A stretch of 63,914 nucleotides of DNA, the filler included, from Nitrospinae bacterium RIFCSPLOWO2_12_FULL_45_22 (GTDB lineage Bacteria; 2-12-FULL-45-22), in the NCBI GenBank assembly GCA_001803565.1. It is 7 parts of 7 records of this genome, joined end to end, with 100 filler letters (N's around TTAATTAATTAA, not from the genome) between each part and the next. Parts side by side here need not be neighbours in the genome. Positions count along the whole stretch, not along the records: positions 48,581 to 56,371 come from MHDQ01000065.1; positions 56,472 to 63,914 come from MHDQ01000076.1; 5 more parts are not named here. One strand, 5' to 3'. Of this stretch, positions 50,332 to 60,412 are shown piece after piece. The number at the start of each line of letters is the position of its first letter. Position 1 is the stretch's first letter. The notes beneath the pieces are model-generated. The model made no database searches. It saw only the letters and a list, made by a program, of their open reading frames with translations, and was not told where the DNA came from. The translations under genes and the position numbers were made by a program.

Positions 50332-51222
50332 ATGATGCTTACTTTAATAGATGAGTTTATTGACTATCTAGCCATCGAGAAGAGACTCTCTCATAATACC
50401 CTGGAGGCATACCGGCGGGACCTGACCAAATTTGCTGCCAAACAAAAATGCTGTACTGATAAAGACCTTCTGCAGTTAGGACGTAAAGATATAATGGTCT
50501 ATCTCTCTGCCCTAAAGAAGGAAAGTATGGCTAATTCCTCTATGGCCCGGCATCTGGTAACCCTGAGATGCTTTTATCGTTTCCTGATAGCAGAAAAGGG
50601 ATTAGAAGAAGACCCAACCGCTAATATAGACTCTCCTTCCCTCTGGAAAAAACTCCCTAAGGTATTGACCCATCAAGAGGTAGAAGCCTTATTGAATCAA
50701 CCTAATACTAATACTTCCCTTGGTATCCGGGATGCGGCCATGTTAGAAGTCCTTTATGCTACTGGCTTGCGGGTTTCAGAACTGATCTCTCTGACTATAA
50801 ATGATATTAACCTGGAAGCAGGCTATCTGATGACGTACGGTAAAGGCTCAAAAGAACGGATCGTCCCTATGGGGGAATTGGCCATACAGCGGCTAAGGGA
50901 CTATCTTTACCAGGTTAGACCCAAATACTCCAGGGACAGTAATAGCCCGACACTATTTTTAAATCGCTCCGGTAAAGGCTTAACCCGACAGGGTTTTTGG
51001 AAAGTGATCAAAAAACATGCTAAGGCTGCGGGAATAAAAGGAGAGATTACTCCCCATTGTCTACGCCATTCCTTTGCTACCCATCTGTTGGGAGGTGGGG
51101 CGGACCTGCGTTCAGTCCAAAAGATGTTGGGCCATGCCGATATAACTACTACTCAAATCTATACCCATTTAACCAAAGAGAAGTTGCGAGATTTATATAA
51201 TAAATTTCATCCCCGATCCTGA
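50332..51222 (+). CDS. xerD: Tyrosine recombinase XerD
   Basis: NTL.AY.RDL, RD.AMLE.LYATGLRVSEL, GKG.KER, TRQGFW, PH.LRHSFATHLL, LGHADI.TTQIY. Confidence 0.95.
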   Translation: MMLTLIDEFIDYLAIEKRLSHNTLEAYRRDLTKFAAKQKCCTDKDLLQLGRKDIMVYLSALKKESMANSSMARHLVTLRCFYRFLIAEKGLEEDPTANIDSPSLWKKLPKVLTHQEVEALLNQPNTNTSLGIRDAAMLEVLYATGLRVSELISLTINDINLEAGYLMTYGKGSKERIVPMGELAIQRLRDYLYQVRPKYSRDSNSPTLFLNRSGKGLTRQGFWKVIKKHAKAAGIKGEITPHCLRHSFATHLLGGGADLRSVQKMLGHADITTTQIYTHLTKEKLRDLYNKFHPRS

Positions 51223-51231
51223 CACAGGTTG

Positions 51232-51283
51232 TAGGTTCTAAGTTCTAAGTTCTAAGTTCTAGGTTGGTTCAACCTAGAACCTA
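51232..51283. repeat. GTTCTA(A/G) heptamer hairpin between xerD and glnD
   Basis: (GTTCTAA)x3 GTTCTAG GTT...AACCTAGAACCTA. Confidence 0.75.
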
Positions 51284-51300
51284 TTACGAGGAAATAATCT

Positions 51301-53928
51301 ATGGGTTTCGCTGGAGAGCGTATGGAATATATTGGTTTTTTGCGGGACTTTATCCGGCAAGAAAGGGACAAGATAAGGGATAAGCACCAACAGGGGGCGG
51401 GAGGCAAAGAAATAGCTAATGATTACTCTTTATTGGTTGATAAGGTCATAGAGAAGGCCTTTGAGCTGGCTATCGTCTCTTCTGAGAAACCCTCTAATCT
51501 CGCCCTGGTAGCTATTGGGGGATATGGCAGGGCAGAGTTGTCCCCTTATTCGGATGTAGATATATTGTTTTTACATGCAAAAAAAATACCACCCTGGGAA
51601 CAGGAGGTTATCCACCAGACCCTTTGCTTTCTCTGGGACGTAAAACTCCAGGTAGGGCATAGCAGCCGCTCTATCAGTAATTGCATAGAAATGGCCAGGG
51701 GAGACCTCACCATCAAGACCTCTCTTCTGGAGGCTAGATATTTGCTGGGCTCTAAAGAAGTATTTGCTGAATTCTATAAGACCTTCCAGAGAGAGATCAT
51801 AGAAAAGGGGGCAAGGGATTTCATCAAACAAAAAATAGAAGAGAGAAATCAGCGGTATGCTCTATACGATACCTCTGCTAACCTTTTAGAGCCCAATGTT
51901 AAAGAAAGCCCCGGTGGATTAAGGGATTATCATACTGTATGTTGGTTGGTAAGGGGCAGGTACCCTTCTGATACTATGGAAGGATTAAGCCCGGCCGGAA
52001 CCCTATTCTCTGAAGAGCTGGAGGCATTTAATAAAGCCTATGACTTTATCCTGAGGGTGAGAAATGAGATGCATTTGACCAGCCAAAAAAAGAGCGATGT
52101 CCTGGCTTTACAGATACAAGATAAAATAGCTAATAATCTCGGTTATTGCCCAACGGGCCATTTTACCCGGGCAGAAACCTTTATGAAAGATTATTATATC
52201 CAGGCCAATATCGTAAAGAAATTTTCTTCCACGATCATTAACCGATGTCAAGAAGAGAGAGGGCTACGGAAGATGTTTAGTTATCTAGCTAAAAAGGAAT
52301 TGGGTCATGGTTTATATGTATGGGAAAAGGAAATCCGACTGAAAAAGCCTACAGATAACATATTCCAGGAAAACCCCTGGCTGATCCTGGAGGTATTTGC
52401 CCTGGCCGGGCGGGAGAATCTTAGCCTCAGCGAAGAGTTAAAGCAGTTAATTAAGTCCCATCTCTATTTAATAGGGGATAATTTCCGTGAGGATAGGGAG
52501 ATAGCCCAGAAATTCTTTGCTATCCTTAAAGAGAAAAAGGCCGGAAAAGCCTTACGCCAGATGCACGAACTAGGTCTCTTAGGGCAATATATACCCGAAT
52601 TTGGTGAGATAACCTGTTTGATCCAGCATGATCTCTACCATAAATATACCATAGATGAGCACTGCCTCCGGGCCATCGAATGCTTAGAAGAACTTCCTAA
52701 TACAGAAACGGCCGAGCTTAAGGGGCTAGCCCAAATCTACCAGAATCTCAGCCACCCGGAGATCACTAAGCTGGCCTTACTACTCCATGATCTCGGCAAG
52801 AGCCAGGGCCCTAACCACGCAGAGATCGGGGCCCTTATGGTAAGAAATATATTAAAACGCCTATGTTTACCTGAAATAGTCAAAGAAAAGGTAGAACTGT
52901 TAGTTCATCACCATATCCTCATGAACCATACCGCCCAACGCCGAGACGTACATGACAAGGAAGTAATCAAACAGTTTTCGGAGGTAGTTAAAGATACCGA
53001 TAATTTGCAACGCCTATATCTCCTCACTTATGCTGACCTGAAGGCCGTCGGGCCTGGAGTATGGACAGTATGGAAGGGGGCCTTGCTCTGGGAACTCTAT
53101 CACAAAACCCGCGACTATCTCTCTAAAGGCGATGAGGAGGTAATTAGTGGGGAAGAGTTCCTGGAACGCTTAAAGCAAGAGTTATTAGAAGACCTGATAG
53201 ATGAGGTGGAACCCGAAGGCATTGAGAGTCACCTGGAGCGTATGCCGTACAAATACATTCTCTCTACGTCAGTAGAGAAGATAGCAGGACATATCCGCCT
53301 GATAGAAGCCTTACGGCAAAGGCATGAGGAACCGCTCTTAAGCTATCAGCACAATACCCAGATAGGCTATACCGAGATAATGGTCTGTACTCATGATAAG
53401 CCCGGGATATTTTCTCAGATTGCTGGGGTATTGGCCTCTAAAGATGTTAATATATTAGGGGCACAGATATATACCGGTAAAGATGGCATAGCAATAGATA
53501 CCCTTCAAGTAGCCACTCTTCAAGAGCAACCCCTATTAGAAGAAGACCTATGGCAGGCTATAAGATTAGAGCTAGATGCTATCCTCCGGGAAGAGAAAAA
53601 AGTAGAAGACCTGGTTAACAAACGAAAGAAGGTCTTGTCTCCCCTTACGGACAAAAAGATCAGTGTACCTACCGTAGTCAAGCTAGACAACCGGCTCTCG
53701 GATACCCATACTGTCATAGAGGTCTTTACCCAGGACCGCCTGGGCCTGCTCTTTGATATTACCAATACCTTATACAAACTGGGTATAGATATCTACCTGG
53801 CCAAGATTTCTACTGAACTACAAAAGGCTATTGACGTATTCTATGTAACTAACCTGGCCGGTGAGAAGATTATGGATGAAGGAGAATTATCCAATATTAA
53901 AGAGACCCTCCTTGAGGTGTTAAGCTAA
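51301..53928 (+). CDS. glnD: [Protein-PII] uridylyltransferase/uridylyl-removing enzyme
   Basis: GGYGR.EL.P.SD.D, LEPNVKE.PGGLRD, YT.DEH...LHD.GK (HD), two C-terminal ACT domains. Confidence 0.95.
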   Translation: MGFAGERMEYIGFLRDFIRQERDKIRDKHQQGAGGKEIANDYSLLVDKVIEKAFELAIVSSEKPSNLALVAIGGYGRAELSPYSDVDILFLHAKKIPPWEQEVIHQTLCFLWDVKLQVGHSSRSISNCIEMARGDLTIKTSLLEARYLLGSKEVFAEFYKTFQREIIEKGARDFIKQKIEERNQRYALYDTSANLLEPNVKESPGGLRDYHTVCWLVRGRYPSDTMEGLSPAGTLFSEELEAFNKAYDFILRVRNEMHLTSQKKSDVLALQIQDKIANNLGYCPTGHFTRAETFMKDYYIQANIVKKFSSTIINRCQEERGLRKMFSYLAKKELGHGLYVWEKEIRLKKPTDNIFQENPWLILEVFALAGRENLSLSEELKQLIKSHLYLIGDNFREDREIAQKFFAILKEKKAGKALRQMHELGLLGQYIPEFGEITCLIQHDLYHKYTIDEHCLRAIECLEELPNTETAELKGLAQIYQNLSHPEITKLALLLHDLGKSQGPNHAEIGALMVRNILKRLCLPEIVKEKVELLVHHHILMNHTAQRRDVHDKEVIKQFSEVVKDTDNLQRLYLLTYADLKAVGPGVWTVWKGALLWELYHKTRDYLSKGDEEVISGEEFLERLKQELLEDLIDEVEPEGIESHLERMPYKYILSTSVEKIAGHIRLIEALRQRHEEPLLSYQHNTQIGYTEIMVCTHDKPGIFSQIAGVLASKDVNILGAQIYTGKDGIAIDTLQVATLQEQPLLEEDLWQAIRLELDAILREEKKVEDLVNKRKKVLSPLTDKKISVPTVVKLDNRLSDTHTVIEVFTQDRLGLLFDITNTLYKLGIDIYLAKISTELQKAIDVFYVTNLAGEKIMDEGELSNIKETLLEVLS

Positions 53929-53954
53929 AAATCCTGGTAATTCCCCAGGTCTCC

Positions 53955-54074
53955 TTCATTGCAAAATTAACAATGTAAAATTAGCAATTAACAACGTCAG
54001 GCAAAAGGCATTAAATCTTCGATTACTTCTCGACCCTATTATTTTGAAATGCTAATTTTGCATTTTGCATTGAA
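53955..54074. repeat. TGCAAAA/TTTTGCA heptamer-type long hairpin between convergent genes
   Basis: TTCATTGCAAAATT..AATGTAAAATTAGCA faces TGCTAATTTTGCATTTTGCATTGAA. Confidence 0.68.
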
Positions 54075-54080
54075 AGTGGG

Positions 54081-55094
54081 CTAGGCTGCCTGGGCTATCT
54101 TCATATTGATAGCTCCTGCCTCACACCCAACAACACATACCCCGCAGCCAAAGCAGTTTTCAGCTATAAGGGCTCCTTTCAATTTCTTCCCTTGGGGAAA
54201 CTTCTTCATCTCTATTGCAATAAATGGGCATCTATCCACACATTCCTGGCAACCAATGCAAGCCTCTGGATCAATCACTGGCTGATAGCGACTCTTCAGC
54301 AAGGCATTTTTCACCGTACCATAAGCCACCCCAGGGTCTATCAAGGCACAGCAATCGGCACAGCAACTACATATTAAACTAAGGCTCGAGGTCACCATAG
54401 GCTGCATATGGACCAAGGCAGACTCTTCGGCCAGGGCATTGGCTTCCAGGGCCTGATCCAGCGTAAGCTTTTTCCCTGATCCGCGTTTTATTGCATAGTC
54501 AGCCCATTTATTGAACTGGAAACAGACCTCCAGTGGAGCATCACAGTTCCTTAAGGGCACGCGGCAAGAGCAAGGCACTACCGCAATCATTTCTGCCTCC
54601 CTCATAATCGTCTGCATATTTTCTTCTGGCAAGACATCTCCCTGTGACATCTGACTGCTACTCTCCAGGGATTTCCAGGCAGGAATAACCCGGGCAAAAG
54701 GCCGTTGCATCTTTCCCCACTCCTCCCCTATGTGCTTACGCCATTCTTTCTCATAAAATTCTTTCCATAAATCAAGAAGCTCAGCATCTATATATTTCTT
54801 TGCACTAGCTAATGAGGCATCATGCAACTGGGTTACTTCCCTAACGAGTCGAGGCCCTTTACTGGTGCTTACGGTCAACCCCCTCGCCATGAACTCGTCC
54901 ATTTTCTCGCTCAAAGCCGCCTCAGTCATAGAGAATTTTTGTGCCAACTGCTCCGGCGCAGCCGGCAACTCTAACAGGATAGCGGCTTCCTGTTCCGTCG
55001 CCATCTTCTTGAGTATTTTCATCAGATATTCAGAAGGTGGATAATTTAATCTTTCTGCCAGTTTCTTATATATATCGCTATTAGCCATGGTCAT
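54081..55094 (-). CDS. Uncharacterised Fe-S protein with C-terminal 2x[4Fe-4S] ferredoxin domain
   Basis: CSCR....C.....C, CSCC.DCC, CIGCQECVDRCP, CFGCGVCVVGC. Confidence 0.85.
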   Translation of the reverse strand: MTMANSDIYKKLAERLNYPPSEYLMKILKKMATEQEAAILLELPAAPEQLAQKFSMTEAALSEKMDEFMARGLTVSTSKGPRLVREVTQLHDASLASAKKYIDAELLDLWKEFYEKEWRKHIGEEWGKMQRPFARVIPAWKSLESSSQMSQGDVLPEENMQTIMREAEMIAVVPCSCRVPLRNCDAPLEVCFQFNKWADYAIKRGSGKKLTLDQALEANALAEESALVHMQPMVTSSLSLICSCCADCCALIDPGVAYGTVKNALLKSRYQPVIDPEACIGCQECVDRCPFIAIEMKKFPQGKKLKGALIAENCFGCGVCVVGCEAGAINMKIAQAA

Positions 55095-55333
55095 TTACCT
55101 CCCTCGATTAAGTCATATTCTCGTTCTCAAAACATAGCTCTTCCCCTCAACATATTTTTCCGCACCACCCCCTTAATAGGGATCTGACCCGATAAAATCT
55201 TTGCATAAAATTTGACCCTAAGTATACCGCAATAAGAAAAAAAGGGGCAATATAAAAAATTTAACACCCCCATTCTTACCGCCGGATGAATTGAAGGAGG
55301 AAAATCTCTCGGCCTAGGGGGCCCATCGGTAAA

Positions 55334-56371
55334 TCAGAACTCATAATTAAGGGAAAATTCTATCTGGTCCCGATCGTTATACATACCCCAAAAATCATCT
55401 GAATGTCCATAGAACCCCCAATAACGGACAAAAAAGGTAATATAGTCCGAGAGTCGGTAACTGATCTTAAGCCGCAACTGGCCGGAACCATCATCTACCA
55501 ACCCTTCTGTCCAGTTGATCTCTAGCCGATCATCGGTAAATTTAAAGGATTTGGAGAGGCTAAAGAGAAAGACCCTCTGGTCCCTGGGTAGTAAACTCCC
55601 TATACTCCTGAGGTCATGATCGTATTTAAAGATATGGGTCTGCTGTAACTGCAATAATAACCATAGCTCACCCTTAAATAGAAATGTCTCCAGGGCTAAG
55701 GCGCTCAGGAGCCGATTCGTTTTTGATACCCCGTCTCGAGATATAGGCTCTCCTATATTGGTATAATACTCATTTAAGGTATACAATATTTCTGATCGTA
55801 GTATCCAGGGCCGGCCTACCATATAAAAACTCTTATCCAGATCAAATCCGAATTGAGACAGCCGGGTATGCTTGGGTTCCACGAATATCACCTCTGGTAT
55901 ACTGGTATGAGGGCTCAGGAGATAGCCCCGCCGGAAGAAGGTAGGGCTATCATTCCAGGTATAGAAATATATGAAGCTCATATCCCAACCGTGTTTAATC
56001 ATATTAGCCCGGATACCCCATTCATGGTTAAGGAAATTTGCTGATGGCTCGCTCCTACTCAGAGTATGGATATATCTGGGGATAGGGGGCAGATTAAGGG
56101 AAAAGGGGCCAGCCAGAGGTGGGAACTTGGCCCCTTCAAAATCGGGTATCCATATAAACTGGAGGTAATAATCCTTCCACCTATAGATCCCATTGGCCAT
56201 CCAAAGGGGTAGCCTTAGCCACTCATAATCATCCTGGGTAAATACAGCTCCATAACGGTTATCATTGGGATTTATTATGTCTATAACCTTACCATCCATC
56301 TTACCCCATACTATCTGCTGTTTTCCCAGGATCAATTCCCATTGTTTATAAAAGATATGGGCATATAGTTC
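55334..56371 (-). CDS. DUF1302-like outer-membrane beta-barrel protein, 5'-truncated
   Basis: GKQQIVWGK.DG...D.INP.D, R.PLWM, G.Y.DRD, C-terminal YEF. Confidence 0.72.
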   Translation of the reverse strand, partial: ELYAHIFYKQWELILGKQQIVWGKMDGKVIDIINPNDNRYGAVFTQDDYEWLRLPLWMANGIYRWKDYYLQFIWIPDFEGAKFPPLAGPFSLNLPPIPRYIHTLSRSEPSANFLNHEWGIRANMIKHGWDMSFIYFYTWNDSPTFFRRGYLLSPHTSIPEVIFVEPKHTRLSQFGFDLDKSFYMVGRPWILRSEILYTLNEYYTNIGEPISRDGVSKTNRLLSALALETFLFKGELWLLLQLQQTHIFKYDHDLRSIGSLLPRDQRVFLFSLSKSFKFTDDRLEINWTEGLVDDGSGQLRLKISYRLSDYITFFVRYWGFYGHSDDFWGMYNDRDQIEFSLNYEF

Positions 56372-56471
56372 NNNNNNNNNNNNNNNNNNNNNNNNNNNNN
56401 NNNNNNNNNNNNNNNTTAATTAATTAANNNNNNNNNNNNNNNNNNNNNNNNNNNNNNNNNNNNNNNNNNNN
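56372..56471. other. Artificial scaffold linker
   Basis: N-TTAATTAATTAA-N. Confidence 0.98.
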
Positions 56472-56473
56472 TG

Positions 56474-57559
56474 ACCATTGATCCTGAATCGAAGAGGGTA
56501 ACGATTGGCCCTGGAAGCACCGGTTCGGACCCCGGTCCGGTTAGCTACAATATGGGGAACGATATTCCTACCGTGATGGATTGTGTCCTTATACTGGGAT
56601 TCCTCAATCCGGACAACTACCTGGGCGGCAAGGTGAAATTGGATAAAGAGCTTGCCTTAAAAGCTATACAGGAAAAATGCGCATCGGTTATCGGGGTTGA
56701 TCCATACCACTTCTCCGAAGGAGTCATAGACCTGATCAATGACAGGATGCGGGAACATATAAAAACCGTCCTCTCGGTTCGGGGATACTCCCCCATGGAT
56801 TACTACCTTATTGGATACGGAGGGGCGGGGCCCCTTTTTCTTGCCGGATATTCCCATGGGCTTCCCTTTAAAGGGATCTTTACAGTTCCCTGGGCAGCGG
56901 CTTTTTCCTCTTTCGGAACAACTGTTATAGACTACATTCATCGGTATCAAAAATCAACCATTATCCAAATTCCCCCGGCCCTGGATGAAAAGGCAAAAGT
57001 ACAAATAGGCTCCGTTATCAACGGAATATGGGGGGAGCTAGAGAAGAAAGCCCTGCAAGAAATGAAGGAGGAAGGGTTCAGAGAAGAGCAAATAACCTAT
57101 AACCAGGTGGCTTACTTACGGTTTATGGGTCAACTGGAAGACCTTGAGGTCATATCACCAGTGAGAAGGATTCAATCGGGTGACGATCTGGATAAACTGC
57201 TACAATCCTTCGAAAATCTTTACACAAAGGTCTACACCCATGGGGCTAAGCACTCTGAAGCAGGATACCAGATACTGGAGCTGGGACTGATAAGTTCAGT
57301 ACCCAAGCCAAAACCCGTGCTCAAGAAATACCCCCTTGCAGGAAAGAAACCGCCTGAAGGAGCAGAGAAAGGATATAGAGATGTGTATGTAAAGGGCTCC
57401 TGGAAGAAAGCTAAGCTGTATGATCTCGATAAACTCGTACCGGGAAATGAGCTAGAGGGACTCGCAATACTGGAAGCGGCCGCAACGACCATGCCTATAC
57501 CTGAAGGGAAAAAAGTCGTTATTGATGAATTTATAAGATTCTGGCTAAAGGAGGATTAA
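56474..57559 (+). CDS. Hydantoinase/oxoprolinase A family, acetone carboxylase beta-like, 5'-truncated
   Basis: GP.S.G..PGP, PTV.D....LG.LNP..YLGG, YGGAGP, AAFS.FG, GQ...LE. Confidence 0.88.
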   Translation, partial: TIDPESKRVTIGPGSTGSDPGPVSYNMGNDIPTVMDCVLILGFLNPDNYLGGKVKLDKELALKAIQEKCASVIGVDPYHFSEGVIDLINDRMREHIKTVLSVRGYSPMDYYLIGYGGAGPLFLAGYSHGLPFKGIFTVPWAAAFSSFGTTVIDYIHRYQKSTIIQIPPALDEKAKVQIGSVINGIWGELEKKALQEMKEEGFREEQITYNQVAYLRFMGQLEDLEVISPVRRIQSGDDLDKLLQSFENLYTKVYTHGAKHSEAGYQILELGLISSVPKPKPVLKKYPLAGKKPPEGAEKGYRDVYVKGSWKKAKLYDLDKLVPGNELEGLAILEAAATTMPIPEGKKVVIDEFIRFWLKED

Positions 57560-57561
57560 GG

Positions 57562-59778
57562 GTGAAGCTAACAAAAGAATCCACACAGGGAATCGCCTAT
57601 AATGGGAAAACCATCAAGGAGCTACTTGAGGAGAGGGATAAAAGAACGGCCAAAAGTGGGTACTACTATGGCCTTAAGGAACTTGAATTGTACAAAGGAG
57701 ACCCGATGAAGCTGGAACTTTTTTTTTCACGCCTCCTTGCGGCAACCATCGCGGGAAGGGAGACTACACGGATGATATCGGGCTCACCTCAGATCAGGGA
57801 GGTAGCAGAGCTGGCTACGGGTCTCTATACTGCCGAGGGGGACTGTGTACTCCAATCTACCGGGATCATCATCCATATACCCCTCATGGGAGAGGTGATT
57901 AAATGGATGATAAACCAGGATTATGAACATGAGGAAGGAATACATGACGGTGATATCATCACCAGCAACGACAACGTTATTGCCGGTATGCATCCCCCGG
58001 ATGTATATGACATAATCCCTATATTTTACCATGAGAAGCTAGTTGGCTGGGCCGCAACAGTTATCATGGAGGCAGAGTTAGGGGCGGTTGCCCCGGGGGC
58101 CATGTCTTCTGCTGCATCAGAGAGGTTTCTTGACGGGATACGGTTTTCTGCTGAGAAGACCGGGGAGAATGATGTTCACTACAAATCCTTTGAGCGGAGG
58201 GTGCGCTCCGGGGTACGTTTGCCCGATCTCTTTCTCCTTGACCGGAAAGGCGCTTTGGCAGCCAATATAAAGGTCCGGGAGGATATAAGAAGGATTATCG
58301 AAGAGTTTGGTCTGGATTATTTTATTGAGGCCCAAAGAGAATTGATCGAAATAGAACGTCGGGCGCAACTGGAACGGGTGAAGAGGCGGACCGTCCCGGG
58401 TAAATTTCACGTGCCAGTTACCTTTGAGAACTACATGACCAAAACCTTCGTTCCTCCTCACCATGCCATAGATCAGATCAGGTTAGTCCCCATGGATTTC
58501 ATTATCCAACCCGATGGCAAGTACTTTCTTGATCTTGATGGAGCTGGACCGTGGGGCTGGCATCCATCAAACACAACCCCTTCATCCATGAGGGGGGCTA
58601 TGTGCCTGCTCCTATCTCAGACCATTGCTTATACCGGGGCAGCCAACGAAGGGACCATGATGTGTGTTGACATGAACCTCCCTTATGACTCTTATGTGAA
58701 CCCCAGTTCCAAAAACATTGCCACTGGTAACCTTTTCAGTTTTCCCATAAACGGAGGTGGGGCCTGGTTGAGGTTACAATCCATGGCCTTTTTTTCTCGG
58801 GGTTTTGTGGAGGAATGTATTGCCGGTTCCCCAACTTCTGCCACTTTTGGCATGTCCGGTAAAGACCATTACGGCAACGATTTTGGGTTCCTCATGACAG
58901 ATATAGCCGGAACCTGTGGAAGCGGGGCCTTTGCCATAAGGGATGGGCTTACCGGGCACGCACCCTGGCAACCAGTAAGTGATATGGGAAATGTGGAGGT
59001 GTGGGAACTCTTCTTACCCCTATCCTGGACCGGAAGGGGGTTGCTCCCCAACTCCTGCGGTTGGGGAAAATACCGGGGTGGATTCTCCATCATGGCTACC
59101 TGGATGGTTTATAAGAGCCAACTCCTGGGTTTAGACATCACACCCGTTGTACTACTGGATAAAATTTATCCTAACTCCGGTATGTTTGGCGGATACACCG
59201 GGACAGGACCCTTCTACAAGATGGTCGAGGGCGCAAATACCGAAACGTTATTACAGGAAAAACTTCCTCTCCTGCACCACTATGGACATCCCTTAAATCC
59301 AGATATGGAGAAAAATATCCAGGGAAGACATTTGCTGGAAACCTCCCGGGGAGTCTCCATACCGGGTGTTTTCCGGCATGGCGACTGGCTTCAGGTACAC
59401 TATGGCCAGCAAGCAGGGGGATTTGGCGACCCCATAAAAAGAGATACCGGATTAATCAAGAAAGACCTGGACAGTGGCCTGATCACCCTTGAAATCTCCG
59501 GGAAGATATTCGGCATGGCTGCTTCCTATGACGAACATAGAGAGGAATGGATAATAGATCAGGATAAAACCATTAAACTCAGGGAGGAAAAGAAGAAGGA
59601 AAGACTCAGGAAGGGTATACCGGTTAAGGAATGGTGGAAAAAGAGGAGAAAAGACCTCCTTCAGGGAAAGATGCCGGAACTCATGAAGGATATGTATAAC
59701 TGTTCCCTGGACAAAGGTGAACACTGGTCGAGGAACTTCAAATCGTTCTGGATGCTCCGGGATGATTTCACTTTTTAA
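57562..59778 (+). CDS. Hydantoinase B family, acetone carboxylase alpha-like
   Basis: STGIIIH, HPPD....PIF....L.GW, G.VEVWE, G.GKYRGG, GGFGDP..R. Confidence 0.88.
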   Translation: MKLTKESTQGIAYNGKTIKELLEERDKRTAKSGYYYGLKELELYKGDPMKLELFFSRLLAATIAGRETTRMISGSPQIREVAELATGLYTAEGDCVLQSTGIIIHIPLMGEVIKWMINQDYEHEEGIHDGDIITSNDNVIAGMHPPDVYDIIPIFYHEKLVGWAATVIMEAELGAVAPGAMSSAASERFLDGIRFSAEKTGENDVHYKSFERRVRSGVRLPDLFLLDRKGALAANIKVREDIRRIIEEFGLDYFIEAQRELIEIERRAQLERVKRRTVPGKFHVPVTFENYMTKTFVPPHHAIDQIRLVPMDFIIQPDGKYFLDLDGAGPWGWHPSNTTPSSMRGAMCLLLSQTIAYTGAANEGTMMCVDMNLPYDSYVNPSSKNIATGNLFSFPINGGGAWLRLQSMAFFSRGFVEECIAGSPTSATFGMSGKDHYGNDFGFLMTDIAGTCGSGAFAIRDGLTGHAPWQPVSDMGNVEVWELFLPLSWTGRGLLPNSCGWGKYRGGFSIMATWMVYKSQLLGLDITPVVLLDKIYPNSGMFGGYTGTGPFYKMVEGANTETLLQEKLPLLHHYGHPLNPDMEKNIQGRHLLETSRGVSIPGVFRHGDWLQVHYGQQAGGFGDPIKRDTGLIKKDLDSGLITLEISGKIFGMAASYDEHREEWIIDQDKTIKLREEKKKERLRKGIPVKEWWKKRRKDLLQGKMPELMKDMYNCSLDKGEHWSRNFKSFWMLRDDFTF

Positions 59779-59807
59779 TTCTATAAAAAAAGATAGGGAG
59801 ATAAACG

Positions 59808-60362
59808 ATGTCCAAGATTACGTATAACAAAGAAATAATAGGCGATCTCATGGATGGGAAGCTAGACTGGCATAGGACGAAAGCAATCATAAGTGGTCAC
59901 AAAGATGAAGACCGCTTTGAGAAACACCTCGAAGCCCTTAGTGAAAGGACTCCCTGGAAAGAGAAAATCCTTCTCCCGCTCACCGATGAGCTTTTTATCG
60001 TGGCGAAGGGGACGGAAAGAATTATAAAATGCCGTTGCGGTTATGAATATGGCGATTACAGAGAAAACTGGAAACTAAGTGCTCTGATCCATGTCAGGGA
60101 AACAGAGGAAGAGATAAACGAACTCTATCCCTATCCCAGTAAGCCAGATCCCCAGTATTGTGAAATAAGGGAGTTCTACTGTCCCGGCTGTGGCACCCAG
60201 TTGGAGGTAGAAACGGTTCCCTTTGGTTATCCTTTAGTATTTGATTTCCTCCCTGATCTGGACACTTTCTACCGCGAATGGCTTAAAAAACCCCTGGATA
60301 ATGAGAAAGAGTTCAAGGACCTTACTTACGATGTCATTAAATGCTGGGCCAAGGAAGGATAG
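59808..60362 (+). CDS. Acetone carboxylase gamma subunit-like
   Basis: KD.DRF, ILLPL, C.CG..YG.Y.ENWK, REFYCP.CG...EVE..P..YP...DF.PD.D.FY..WL. Confidence 0.92.
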   Translation: MSKITYNKEIIGDLMDGKLDWHRTKAIISGHKDEDRFEKHLEALSERTPWKEKILLPLTDELFIVAKGTERIIKCRCGYEYGDYRENWKLSALIHVRETEEEINELYPYPSKPDPQYCEIREFYCPGCGTQLEVETVPFGYPLVFDFLPDLDTFYREWLKKPLDNEKEFKDLTYDVIKCWAKEG

Positions 60363-60412
60363 ATGAAGGGCTATGGGATCGGGAATATAATAACGGAGGG
60401 AGAACCACGGGG

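Noticed and set aside
50332-51222. Tyrosine recombinase as a prophage or island integrase
   Set aside because: It has XerD-specific motifs and housekeeping neighbours (rpsT, glnD).
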